A DNA stretch of 64,000 bases from Octopus bimaculoides (Eukaryota), in the NCBI RefSeq assembly GCF_001194135.2, contig NC_068989.1:4223892-4287891 (forward strand). The letters run 5' to 3'. The translations under genes were made by a program, and so were the position numbers. Shown here one piece after another: positions 52,152 to 64,000 of the stretch (its first letter is position 1; every line of letters starts with the position of its first letter). The notes beneath the pieces are model-generated. The model was not told where the DNA came from. It did not search any database and saw only the letters and a list, made by a program, of their open reading frames with translations.

Positions 52152-54639
52152 GATTNNNNNNNNNNNNNNNNNNNNNNNNNNNNNNNNNNNNNNNNNNNNN
52201 NNNNNNNNNNNNNNNNNNNNNNNNNNNNNNNNNNNNNNNNNNNNNNNNNNNNNNNNNNNNNNNNNNNNNNNNNNNNNNNNNNNNNNNNNNNNNNNNNNNN
52301 NNNNNNNNNNNNNNNNNNNNNNNNNNNNNNNNNNNNNNNNNNNNNNNNNNNNNNNNNNNNNNNNNNNNNNNNNNNNNNNNNNNNNNNNNNNNNNNNNNNN
52401 NNNNNNNNNNNNNNNNNNNNNNNNNNNNNNNNNNNNNNNNNNNNNNNNNNNNNNNNNNNNNNNNNNNNNNNNNNNNNNNNNNNNNNNNNNNNNNNNNNNN
52501 NNNNNNNNNNNNNNNNNNNNNNNNNNNNNNNNNNNNNNNNNNNNNNNNNNNNNNNNNNNNNNNNNNNNNNNNNNNNNNNNNNNNNNNNNNNNNNNNNNNN
52601 NNNNNNNNNNNNNNNNNNATATATATATATATATATACGGAATGCTACTGCATAATTTATGATGGCATTGTTATTTGTTAGCTATTACGAGGAGTGTCTC
52701 CCAAGTGAAAGGACATAAATAGTCTTCAGTGATGATATATACACGGAGAGACAGGGAGATAGCGAAAAAGACGAGAGCTCAATGATGATAAATAATATGG
52801 TTTCAGTTTATATTTGGGAGTGTAGTTTATATTTGGGAGTGTAGCAAAACTACAAAATTAACAGCACTGCGCACTGAAGATCACTGAAACCTTCTCGTAT
52901 TTTATAGTCTACTTTATCCTACTTAGAAACCATAGATTGATAATGTGAAAAGTTTAAACTTTTCACCAAGGGGATTATAGCTCTTAGAACAAGAAGCTTA
53001 GCAGTATGATACCAGCAGTAATAGGTGCGCGGGATCGAGTTTTAAAATAGTTCATATTCTATCTTACACAGTAATACATTTATGCATCAACACAATACAC
53101 AAATCTGCAATATTTACAATGACTCTCACCCTCTTCAAAAGAATTATATTTCTCTGGAGATTTCAGACTTGTTTAAGAGGCTTTATATATATAGATTTCA
53201 GTTATAAATGCATACAATGTATTTACAACTAATAGGAACGAAAATATCCTCAATATTAATAATGATACTCACTATTGAATATCAAAGTCTTCATCTTGAT
53301 ATTTAATAATGCATAATATTACGATATGAGACACTAAAAGTACATACAACATTGTCATAGGACTGAAGTCAGCCAAGGTGATCCTGGTTTTAAATTCATG
53401 AAATTAGTGCTTTGCTACGAGAAATAATAGGTGTAAGCATAGACATGTATCTAAGTAATTAACCCTACAACAATGTGGGCCTCGTTCAAACCTGCTACTT
53501 GTTAAATTTGGTAAGTGTGGTATCTATTGTAGGTTTGTGTTGACAGCTATATTGTGACCAGAATATGGCCGATGGAAAACGTGCAGATGTTATTATACAC
53601 AGATACATGTACATAAGTGTGTGTATGTGCGTGTGTGCTTCTGTGAGTATGTAATCGTATGTGAGTGTTGAAAGTAATTATATCAATGACTAGGCGGCAG
53701 AAGTGCGACAAAACATTTTGATATTTCCTAATAAACTGTACAGACAATAACTGCTCACAATAATAGATTATTTCTCAAGGAGTCATCTGGTGGTATTGAC
53801 TTCCGATTCAGCTGTGAGAAAAAATGTTCCTTCCAGTTTTCAATGATATCTTGTAAATCCATAAGAAGTTTCGTCCGTCATTACGTTCTGAGTTGAAATG
53901 AATGTAATATTAAAGTTATCTTGAGACAGTGGTACACAAAGAGAGACGTAAGTTGTTCACTTAGACCGATTCTAGGGTTTACCTCCGGCTGTTCAATCCT
54001 TGCAACGACAAGATACATATTACAGAAATAGCTGGGACGGTGACTGTATTGAAGAGCAGTATACAAACATTATTGTATCTGGTATCAAAATTGAGAAATT
54101 GAAAGCATATGATATAAAAACGAATGGAATACACTATCACGTATGAAATACATTGCCCTATAACTAGTTTTCACAATGCAATATATTGAAATTATAATTT
54201 TATGCAAAATCGATTAATGTTCCCGACTAAATACGATGGACTTGGTTTGTCTCAGATTTATTTGCAAGTCCAGATTTACAAGGTCATAAAAAGGATACTG
54301 TCTAAATACTTCATTCACCGAGCATGAAAGTCTACATTCGCCGTTTGTACTGTGATAGACACCTCTGTTTTTCTCCGACCGAAATATTCCCCGGAAGGAA
54401 ATAAAGAAACAATAGAAAAATAAATTAACCTCAAAATAGGAACAGAATGCGTTGTATGAGAATATAAACACTACCAATTGTAAATGATACACTGGACAAT
54501 ATAAAAGGCAACTGTGAACTAAATCATAATTATATTTTGCAAACAAATCCATAAATAGCCCGACCAGACACAGCAAACCTTCTACGTAAGACACATTTGT
54601 TACAGAACACACACAGATCAATCATCATCATCATCATCA

Positions 54640-54807
54640 GGTGGCAGAATATTTAGCACGACGGATAAGATGCTTAGCGGCATTTTGTCCGTTTTCAAGT
54701 TCTGTGTTCAAATTCTGCTATGGTCAACATAATCGACATGCCCCCATCCCACCAAAGTTGCTGGCCTTGAGCCAAAATTATTATTATTATTGTTATTATT
54801 ATTATTA

Positions 54808-54841
<34 letters not shown>

Positions 54842-54860
54842 CATTATTATTATTATTTTA
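54640..54860 (+). mobile_element. Family A SINE with deleted core, followed by (ATT)n
   Basis: GGTGGCAGAATATTTAGCACG ... GTTCAAATTCTGCTATGGTC jumps directly to ATAATCGACATGCCCCC ... GTTGCTGGCCTTGAGCCAAAATT, then (ATT)n at 54778-54860. Confidence 0.8.
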
Positions 54861-55644
54861 TATTTGACTTTTGCTTTACATTTGTACAAGTTCATTACAG
54901 GTTTAATGACGAATCACTCTCATTTTCGCTCTGTAAATGACATAATAGCGATTGCTTAATTCACAAACAGTGCATTACGTCTACTGGAGGATTTGAAATA
55001 TTTCGCTGCATAGGAAATATCGTATTAGTATATCAGATGAGTCTAATAACACTGTAGCCTGTATCTGCACCAGTGAACACTTCTTTTTCGGTAGGGTGTA
55101 TGCACAGTAAATCAGATTGGAAGAGCACAGCCCATGCATTAGTCTAGTTTCAGTTAATCTTTTCAAGGTAAAGAAACATTAAAAACGTAGACATTTTACG
55201 AAGCACAGTTTTAATGTTCTGCTGCTTACATCACGTAGCGCTACGTGTTGCATCTTTGCAGGTAATAAATTGCGACGAGAAAACTTAATCAGTAGTAATA
55301 TAGACAATTATTTTTAATTAGCTTTTTAATGTTCACTGCAGTGGATATGCTAATATTAACTTTATTAGTTACAGAAAACTAAACTAGGACTGGATGATTT
55401 GAGAGTGAAATCTTTCAGCAGTACTTGTTACAGGAAACGAACTACCTAACAATTGAATGATTCTCCGTTTAACCGATCGATTATTAAAGCAACTTTGACG
55501 CCTTTTAAATGTTATCGATAAATTTATAGTGGCAGTTATAAAGAAATCCATTTAAGATTTTAGTACTATTACTATTAACTGTTCGATTTAATAAAAGCTA
55601 GAATGTCCTAAAGGAACAAATGTTTAATAGTTTAACGACGATTG

Positions 55645-55835
55645 TGACTGAGAACTCCACAGACACCCTTACCACTTAACGTAGATCTAAGAGAGATTCA
55701 GCGTGACACAGAATGTAACCACGATGGCAATTTCAATTACAAGTAAAACTCATTTTTGCCCATTGAGTAGACTGGAGCAACGTGAAATAAAGTGTCTTGC
55801 TCATGACCTTACGCTCGTAAGCCGAATACTTCAAT
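55645..55835 (-). mobile_element. Family C SINE fragment
   Basis: GACTGAGAACTCCACAGACAC ... GAGATTCAGCGTGACACAG ... TGGAGCAACGTGAAATAAAGTGTCTTGCTCA. Confidence 0.8.
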
Positions 55836-56411
55836 GACTAAGCTACATACCTTCACTTAATTAAACGTTAAATTGGTAAGCCCACGGCTAGAATATCTTG
55901 AGGTATTTGCTTGCATCTCTTTGTGATTCTTTGCATTCGATTTCTACCGAGGTCTTATTAATGCGAATGGCATTAGTAGGATAAACAGCAGTCACGTCAG
56001 TCGATGAGAAGAGCTGTGTCACTCTACCTGTAACACATAACAGCCAGATCTCGCTGAAGACATGGAGTAAAGCAATGACAGAAAGGGGTATCTGAAGATC
56101 CCACCGAGAAGTTGTTTGATCATAGGTCCGCAGAATCAGAGATGAGCTAGCACTAAAAGCACAAATAATAGAGCATCAAAATGAACACTTGTTCTGCTAG
56201 AAATAGCAACTAGACTTTCCTCAGTTAAACTGCTACTATGAAAAATGAAGTACAGCGTTTAATGATGAAGCCCTAGAAACAGTGCTTCTGAAACCAAAGG
56301 CAGGATAGTTGCAAATGGAAGATTTATGCTTATCGATTTGTTCGGTCAAGGATGAAGTGGGTCCACGAAACAATTTCAATAAGAACAACATAATACTTCA
56401 TTATTTTCTGT

Positions 56412-56638
56412 TTTCTTTTCTTTTACTTCTTTCAGTCGCTGCAGTGCGGCCATGTTAAAGCAACGGTTAATATAGTTTAGTTGAATAAACTCACGTCGTC
56501 AGTGCTATTTATTTTTAAGTTTTGTACTTATTTTATCGGTTCTTTTGCCGAACCACTAAGTTAAGGTAACGCAGAGAAACCAACGCTAGTTGCGAGACGT
56601 TAGTGGCCAAACACAATACAAACACAAACAAATATAAA

Positions 56639-56698
<60 letters not shown>

Positions 56699-56836
56699 GG
56701 ACTCCCATACAGTTTCCGTCGCAAAGCGCAGGTCAGTCCATAGATATAGTATAAGATAGTTGTCCAGGGTACCATGCAGTGGAACTGAGCCTACAGCCTC
56801 AAGGTTGAAAAACGAGCTTCTTAACCACACAGCTAT
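56412..56836 (-). mobile_element. Near full-length family B SINE with internal (GT)n(GA)n
   Basis: GCAGTGCGGCCATGTT, CGGTTCTTTTGCCGAACCACTAAGTT, GACGGACTCCCATACAGTTTCCGTC, CATGCAGTGGAACTGAGCC, TTAACCACACAGC. Confidence 0.82.
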
Positions 56837-57783
56837 GGAAACAGTAATTAACAGTAATTGTCAAATGTACAGGGAAATCTTGTTATCGGCTATGGAAACC
56901 AAATTTCACGATAGTACAGACGATTGGTTCCAGGGAATTTGTAATCCATAAACTTAAAACGTGCCGAGACTACTATCAACCTGGTCTCCATAGCAAATGA
57001 GAGGAGTCAAATGCTGATTTGTCATTAGTTGTACCGTTATTCTTTTCCATTTTCCATTTCGATTTCCCATTACTCGGTTTACAGCGAACTCAGCAGCTAC
57101 GTTGTTGCATGTGTGTGTGTGTGTTTCTATATGTGTGTGCATGCATGCGCGTGTGTGTATATATACAGCGACTTCTATTTCGAAAGGTATAGAAGCAAGC
57201 AGGTGAGCAGAGTTCTGCAATAGAGTAAAATCAAAGCAAAAGCGAAATAAAAAAGAAAAAGAATGGAAACTGACAGAACTTGTAAATAAGTAAATGAATG
57301 AATGTAAAAACAAAAAAATAAAAAATACCGGTGACTTGTAAGAATATGGAAAACTTTACTACTTAGTCTGAATTGGAGTGAGTAAAGCAGACGAATACAT
57401 GCGTTTCGGTATAGCAGTGAGCATGTATGTGTGCGTGCGTGTGTGTGTTTATATACATATATATATATATANNNNNNNNNNNNNNNNNNNNNNNNNNNNN
57501 NNNNNNNNNNNNNNNNNNNNNNNNNNNNNNNNNNNNNNNNNNNNNNNNNNNNNNNNNNNNNNNNNNNNNNNNNNNNNNNNNNNNNNNNNNNNNNNNNNNN
57601 NNNNNNNNNNNNNNNNNNNNNNNNNNNNNNNNNNNNNNNNNNNNNNNNNNNNNNNNNNNNNNNNNNNNNNNNNNNNNNNNNNNNNNNNNNNNNNNNNNNN
57701 NNNNNNNNNNNNNNNNNNNNNNNNNNNNNNNNNNNNNNNNNNNNNNNNNNNNNNNNNNNNNNNNNNNNNNNNNNNNNNNNNNN

Positions 57784-57817
<34 letters not shown>

Positions 57818-58504
57818 GAAAATAGCCAATACAATGGCGAAATATAATACAGAACGAATGAGATCAGAAGGTAAAAAAAAAAAAGAAATCTCTGCAAATC
57901 TCGTAATTAAATTGATATTCGTTCGTGTTTTCATGCCAAACATACCATACAGCTTTAATTTCCGGTCAGTTCTTCAGACCCTCTAGTATACGTAGTATAC
58001 GTCCATTGTTACCATTTCCTTTGTTCCAATGATGTAATATTACTTCTATTTCTTTATGTTGTACATCCCTTCGGTTCTACACACTTGTTTCTTTATCCAA
58101 CAACCTCTCTATAACATTTACCCTTTCTCGCCTATCTCAATCTCTTCTCTCACTCATACACTTTCTCTTTCTCTTTCCCCCCTCACTTCCTTTCATCGCC
58201 TTCCCGCTTTGTTTATCTAGCTAACCATCTACTTAATAAACACGTATCAACATACATAATCACATCTACGCACACACAAATACTGCCACACATATACTCC
58301 CACCTACACATATAACATTTGTACCATTTCTTGTATATTTTTTTTGTCTATTTATGTTTTTTTTTTTTTTTCAGTCTACATTTCTCTTCCTCTTTCTCGT
58401 TTCTCTGTTTCTAATTACGAGGTTCATATAATTTCACTCTTGATATAATTCTTTATTCTTCCATTCATATATGCGTTTATGGGCGAAGCTATGAATGCAT
58501 ATAA

Positions 58505-59090
58505 CTGTATTCTTTTATTGTTTTATTCTTTCGCACGTTTTTGTCATTTTGACTACGGCCATGCTGGAGCAACGCCTTCAGTCGAACAAATCGCCCCGAG
58601 GACTTATTAGTACTTATTGTGTCGGTCTCTTTTGCCGCTAGGTTACGGGGACATAAGTACACCAACATCGGTTGTCGAGCGATGGTGAGTGGAGGGGCAA
58701 ATAGAGGCACACAAACAAATATATATATATGGCGGTGAGCTGGCAGAATCGTTAACACGCCGTGCGAAATGCTTAGCGGAATTTCGTCTGCCGTTACGTT
58801 CTGAGTTCACATTCCGCTGAGGTCTACTTTGCCTTTCATCTTTTCGGGGTTGATTAAATAAATACCTGTTACACATTGGAGCCGATGTAATCGACTTAAT
58901 CCCTTTGTCTGTCCTTGTTTGTCCTCTCTGTGTTTAGCCACCTGTGGGCAATAAAGAAGTACATATATATATATATATATACATATATACGACGGACTTC
59001 TTTCAACCAAATCCGTCAACCAAATCCACTCACAAGGCTTTAGTCGACCCGAGGCTATAGCAGAAGACACTCGCTCAAGGTGCCACGCAA
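58505..59090 (-). mobile_element. Family B SINE, split by a nested family A insertion
   Basis: Family B 3' half at 58505-58730 and 5' half at 58961-59090 are colinear with the other B copies once 58731-58960 is removed. Confidence 0.9.
58731..58960 (+). mobile_element. Full-length family A SINE (tail type 1) nested in the (TA)n tract of a family B SINE
   Basis: GGCGGTGAGCTGGCAGAATCGTTAAC ... TTTAGCCACCTGTGGGCAATAAAGAAGT, flanked by TA repeats on both sides. Confidence 0.93.
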
Positions 59091-59849
59091 TGATGGTGAG
59101 TTCCAGAAGGCAGCAGTTTCGGGAAAGAAGCTATTAGAATAAAAAGAACTTGTGACTAACAGGAAGCTCAGTAGAGCAACGATACGCGAGGAAAGTGAAG
59201 CTGATGACATCTTTACAGGTCTTAACAGAGAGTACCAGATCATAAAGTTAATCGGAGTAGTGACACTGGAAATACTTATTGAAAAGACAAGTCAAAGATA
59301 CAGTTCGACGATGAGTCAAAGATTCCAGCTATGTAGGGAGAAGAGGACCCATTATGTTAACAATTCGATTCAGAATCCGATCAAGCATATAAGAGACACT
59401 TATTGTTATTACTCTTCGTTATATGTGTGATGACTATGATTGCGACAACAACAACAATGGTATTTGTAACCTTAATAAAAGCCGTGGTAGAAAGAGTAGC
59501 AATAATCATTATGGTAGTAGAAGTAATGATTGGTGATAGTCCAAGCAGTCGTTACGGTGACGGTTCTGGTAGTAATGATGTTGCTGTTGTTGTATATTCT
59601 AACTTAACATACCTTCCTTCAAAGGGCATTACAGTGGCGGTTAACTCACCTTGGTCGTCCCATAGGACGCACCATTTAGGGGTTTCTGTCGCGCATACTA
59701 TAGGGTCACAGGGCGCTGCTCCATATGATCCCGCAGCCTCCATTTAACTAAGAATATTAGGGTCTCATCCATTGTCCTGTATTCAAGATCCTCTGCGTGA
59801 CATCTTGCTAGTTCAAAGCCAGGAATTTAATCTGTTATGTCCTGCCAAT

Positions 59850-60015
59850 AACTAAATCCACGCCCAACTGCCGACACTTCAATTTATTGTCGTTAAGGTT
59901 TTGTCTGTCTCCTACCCTTCGACCTGGCTGGCCTGGTAAGACATGCCTGAAGATTTCCCTCCCACCAACATAGCTCTGTGGGTCAACAGAGCACACAGGC
60001 ACTTCACCGCAACAG
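59850..60015 (-). mobile_element. Possible RTE-clade LINE 5' UTR remnant
   Basis: The reverse strand reads TGTTGCGGTGAAGTGCCTGTGTGCTCTGTTGACCCACAGAGCTATGTTGG ... CCAGCCAGGTCGAAGGGTAGGAGACAGAC. From memory this resembles the 5' regions of RTE/Expander-type LINEs; no ORF follows. Confidence 0.4.
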
Positions 60016-61822
60016 AGTACTTGAATTGGCCGTTGACTACACAGTAGTTCTTCCTCCTTTCGATAGGTTTTATTTTTCGTCCCGTAGGGTGTCCAGCAAT
60101 CACCCTCTTCACCAAGCAAGCTTAATAGGGTTGCCAGTTTAGTCACCGACGACTCGACTATGCCACAGGTTGTATTGGGTTACATCTTACCTGTAGCACT
60201 AAAGAGCGACTTGAGTGGGGTTTAAGGAAATATTTTCTAATGATTCCTTCTCTTTTAAAGATTATTGGATATGATTTGAGAGAGATTCAGCAACTATTTC
60301 AAGCAGGTTGATGAAAATCTCATTAGAGAACTTCACATTAACTCGATGCTGATTGCGTTGCTGATGGAGGAGGCAGTGTTGGTGATGGTTTGTATCAATA
60401 TTGATGTGGATATAATGAAATAGCTATTGTCGTTCCAAATTCTAATTGGAAAGAGATGCTGTTTTATAAAAGCATGCATTAATTAGAACAAGAGTGCGTT
60501 ATTACATCAACGTTTATTTAAAATCAAAGATAACATAGAATCTGTTAATTAGAGTCTTTACATGAAATAATTACGTTTGCGTGAGTTATGGTATTGTCTT
60601 AGAAATTTCTAAAATAGAGTTAAACGCTATCATGTTTGAATGTGTGTGCTGTAAATTGCGAAACACTGCAACACACTTCAGCTTAATCTCCTCGCTTTGG
60701 TTGTATTTATGTAGTCGTATGACGTGGAACGGTGTAGAATGACGCGGAATGGTGTAGCATACCATTGCGTTATGTTGCGTGGCACGGTGTGGTGATGTGT
60801 GATCTGCTGAGCAATAAGTTTTAACGACGCCATCTTCAAACGAAATTGTAATTCCAGCATGCAAATATCTAGGCAGGGAACCTTCATATTAATCGAGTGT
60901 ACATTGTTACCACAGTACATTGGATATAAACTTGCATTTAAAATACTAACGTATATCAATGGCGTCTTTTTTGGAGTCAAATGTTTATTGTATCAAACGA
61001 AGAGTGAAAAAATAAAGACGCCATCCTCGTCATAAAACATGTTGTCAATATACAAACATGATGGCGTCTTCCCAGAAATTATGTGTATATTAGAGAGAAT
61101 ATAATAACAATGCAATCTCGTTCGTGAACGTTTATAACAAAACTGAATTCTCCCGCTCTGTAATCAAATATCTATCGAAATAGTAAAATAATGACTTCGC
61201 TTGGAAAATATTCGTATAGGAAAAAAATAAAATAATAAAATAAAAGACAATAAATGTCTTGTCGTATTAGTGTCTTTTGTTGGATACGTTCAGAAAAGTT
61301 CTAGAAATTATTTAAGAAGCGATTTTAGAGTTCACCTTTCTAATGCAAGTAAGTTAGTTATCTCATTATGATATTTACTTTTTGGTCTGTAAAGTAACTT
61401 GCATTGCTTTGCAGTTGGCCAATTCGTTAAATTTGGCCTATTTCGGATCGATGTAACTAATTCAATCAGAGCCGACTGAAATTTGTCAGAAATCGCTTCC
61501 CACAGGTATCGAAATCATTAAAATAACAAGCTAGCCTAACAATAATCTAACTAATGTTCTCATACAAATGGCGTCTCGTATGAATCCCTCAAATAATTTT
61601 ATTTTTCTTCGCCAAACAGTCTCAAATAATGCTGTACCTTGGCTTGATGATTTTTCATCATAAATTCGTTAAGTATTGTATGTCTTCTCTCTTTTCTTTA
61701 ATAATGTGATCATATCGGAACATATCTGGAGCTGTCTCACGTATCTAGAGAAATAATTTCGATAAGATTTATAATTGTTTAATATTATTTTTTCTGCGGA
61801 ACTATTATGATGATCACCACAT

Positions 61823-61895
<73 letters not shown>

Positions 61896-62494
61896 ATATT
61901 AACGAAAGTTATGACACGTTACACAAGCTGTCGACATTCACTAAGCTTTATACAAATATCATTAAGAAATAAATACCTTCATTAAAATGTAGTGTGATGC
62001 AGTGAATAGTTGAAGGATGGGTTGATGCCCCTACCAGGAGAATGCATCTTCTGTTCCATTGCACATATGATTACTGCCCCACACGAAGACTTAGCTGTTA
62101 ACTGCATATGGGATCCATGTACAGGTAGACCTAATCAACTGTGGGTCAAATTAGTTGTATAGGCTTAACTGAAACGCAGGATGTTCATACGACAAAATAG
62201 TTTAACGAATAATGGCGAAACTATTCAAAACCAACCATCCTGAAGTAAATTACACATTGAGAGTTTGGGCCACACGCATCTTGTTATAACTGAAGTAAGG
62301 ATATGGGTTTGTAAGTTCCTTATATTCTTCTCGAAGATCGTTAGCGTTTGTTCCTAATTAACGACTGTAATGAATACATTGACACTAATTATAGGGAATT
62401 CAATGTTTATGATAGTTGCCTGGAGTTGGCAGCATTAGAACCTTGTGTAGCTTACTTTTATACATTCATTGATATTACTCAGACTTAACTATAT

Positions 62495-62625
62495 TTAGTT
62501 GGAAAATTTGCGGCAATTATTCCGGTTATTAACGCATTCTGATTTCAAATCCCAGCAAGGTCAAATTCGCCTTTTATCCATCAGATACCAAAAAATAAGA
62601 AGACAATTAAGTACCGAGATACGTT
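62495..62625 (+). mobile_element. Degraded family A SINE fragment
   Basis: TTCTGATTTCAAATCCCAGCAAGGTCAAATTCGCCTTTTATCC ... AATTAAGTACC. Confidence 0.6.
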
Positions 62626-62639
62626 CTTCACTTTGTCTT

Positions 62640-62691
<52 letters not shown>

Positions 62692-63915
62692 NNNNNNNNN
62701 NNNNNNNNNNNNNNNNNNNNNNNNNNNNNNNNNNNNNNNNNNNNNNNNNNNNNNNNNNNNNNNNNNNNNNNNNNNNNNNNNNNNNNNNNNNNNNNNNNNN
62801 NNNNNNNNNNNNNNNNNNNNNNNNNNNNNNNNNNNNNNNNNNNNNNNNNNNNNNNNNNNNNNNNNNNNNNNNNNNNNNNNNNNNNNNNNNNNNNNNNNNN
62901 NNNNNNNNNNNNNNNNNNNNNNNNNNNNNNNNNNNNNNNNNNNNNNNNNNNNNNNNNNNNNNNNNNNNNNNNNNNNNNNNNNNNNNNNNNNNNNNNNNNN
63001 NNNNNNNNNNNNNNNNNNNNNNNNNNNNNNNNNNNNNNNNNNNNNNNNNNNNNNNNNNNNNNNNNNNNNNNNNNNNNNNNNNNNNNNNNNNNNNNNNNNN
63101 NNNNNNNNNNNNNNNNNNNNNNNNNNNNNNNNNNNNNNNNNNNNNNNNNNNNNNNNNNNNNNNNNNNNNNNNNNNNNNNNNNNNNNNNNNNNNNNNNNNN
63201 NNNNNNNNNNNNNNNNNNNNNNNNNNNNNNNNNNNNNNNNNNNNNNNNNNNNNNNNNNNNNNNNNNNNNNNNNNNNNNNNNNNNNNNNNNNNNNAAGAAA
63301 GGGTTAGCAAACACGCTTCATCTACCAAGCAACTACAAAAAATAGTTATTCAAAGACATCGGAAAACACGACGAACTTGAACGGACTGATGAGCTGCACA
63401 GCATGAAACTGGAAGAAAAAAACCAGTGAGTTATAAATAAATATATAAATAAATATATAAATAAATAAATAAATAAATAAACACCTCATCCTTTACATCC
63501 TCCTTGTCGATAGCAAAATCTGTGGCTTTATGCCTAAGTTAGCAATCATTATATGTACCGTAAATTATTCACCGAAATTATCAGTTGTGTGTTAGGATTC
63601 GTGGAGGACGAAAATTAATTATTTTATTTTATTTTCGACATTCATACATATTTGATCAGTGTGAAACTCCCATCGTTACCTCTTAGCCTGTTTAGTAAAA
63701 AGGGTCGAGCGTGTTGGTTGCGAGTCGTCCTATTAATATTGATAAAAACTTAATGGATTAGATCACTACAGGTTAGTTAATATTCCAGCTAAAAACAAAG
63801 CAAAATAACACGAAAGAAAAATCAGTCGAGCGTGATATTCTATAACTTTTGCAGCATTTTGGTGTTTAACCATTTATAACGAAAATAGCGTGCTGCGCTA
63901 CCGTATTTATCTGTG

Positions 63916-63965
63916 AGTGCGTGTGCAAGTGTGCGTGTGCAAGTGTGCGTGTGCAAGTGTGCGTG
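63916..63965. repeat. 14-bp tandem repeat (GTGCGTGTGCAAGT) x about 3.5
   Basis: Directly visible exact units. Confidence 0.9.
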
Positions 63966-64000
63966 AGATAGAGAATGAATGACTGATAAAAGGTGAGATT

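Noticed and set aside
52805-52846. Short exact tandem duplications (19 bp here; 20 bp at about 44331-44367)
   Set aside because: Ordinary slippage duplications with no functional context.

Overview
AT-rich, gappy eukaryotic scaffold. About one fifth is N, and nearly every gap is flanked by (TA)n, (CA)n, (GA)n or trinucleotide microsatellites. The microsatellite load and the tRNA-derived SINE families point to a cephalopod, most likely an Octopus short-read assembly (inference). Almost every ORF in the supplied track is a microsatellite or N-gap artefact. One real protein-coding gene is supported on the + strand. A 63-nt phase-0 exon at 21545-21607 (DKLLSKIDERDLETAIKEEEE, absent from the ORF track) is predicted to splice across a 16.7-kb intron to a terminal exon at 38304-38618, which encodes an atypical C3HC4 RING finger plus a Lys/Ser-rich tail. 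I could not find its 5' exon(s). The rest is repeats: three SINE families (labelled A, B, C here) including tandem trains, swapped 3' tails and one nested insertion; a TA-flanked MITE; and degraded mariner/Tc1, Penelope-like and RTE-like remnants. The most interesting non-coding signal is two minimal type-I hammerhead-ribozyme-like motifs on the sense strand of the RING gene intron. One has a non-canonical core (CUGUUGA) and sits in an apparent 226-bp tandem unit resembling a Penelope-like repeat or non-LTR retrozyme. A cluster of five GACGCCAT (YY1-like) motifs at 60.8-61.6 kb is unexplained. No rRNA, intact tRNA or CRISPR array was seen.
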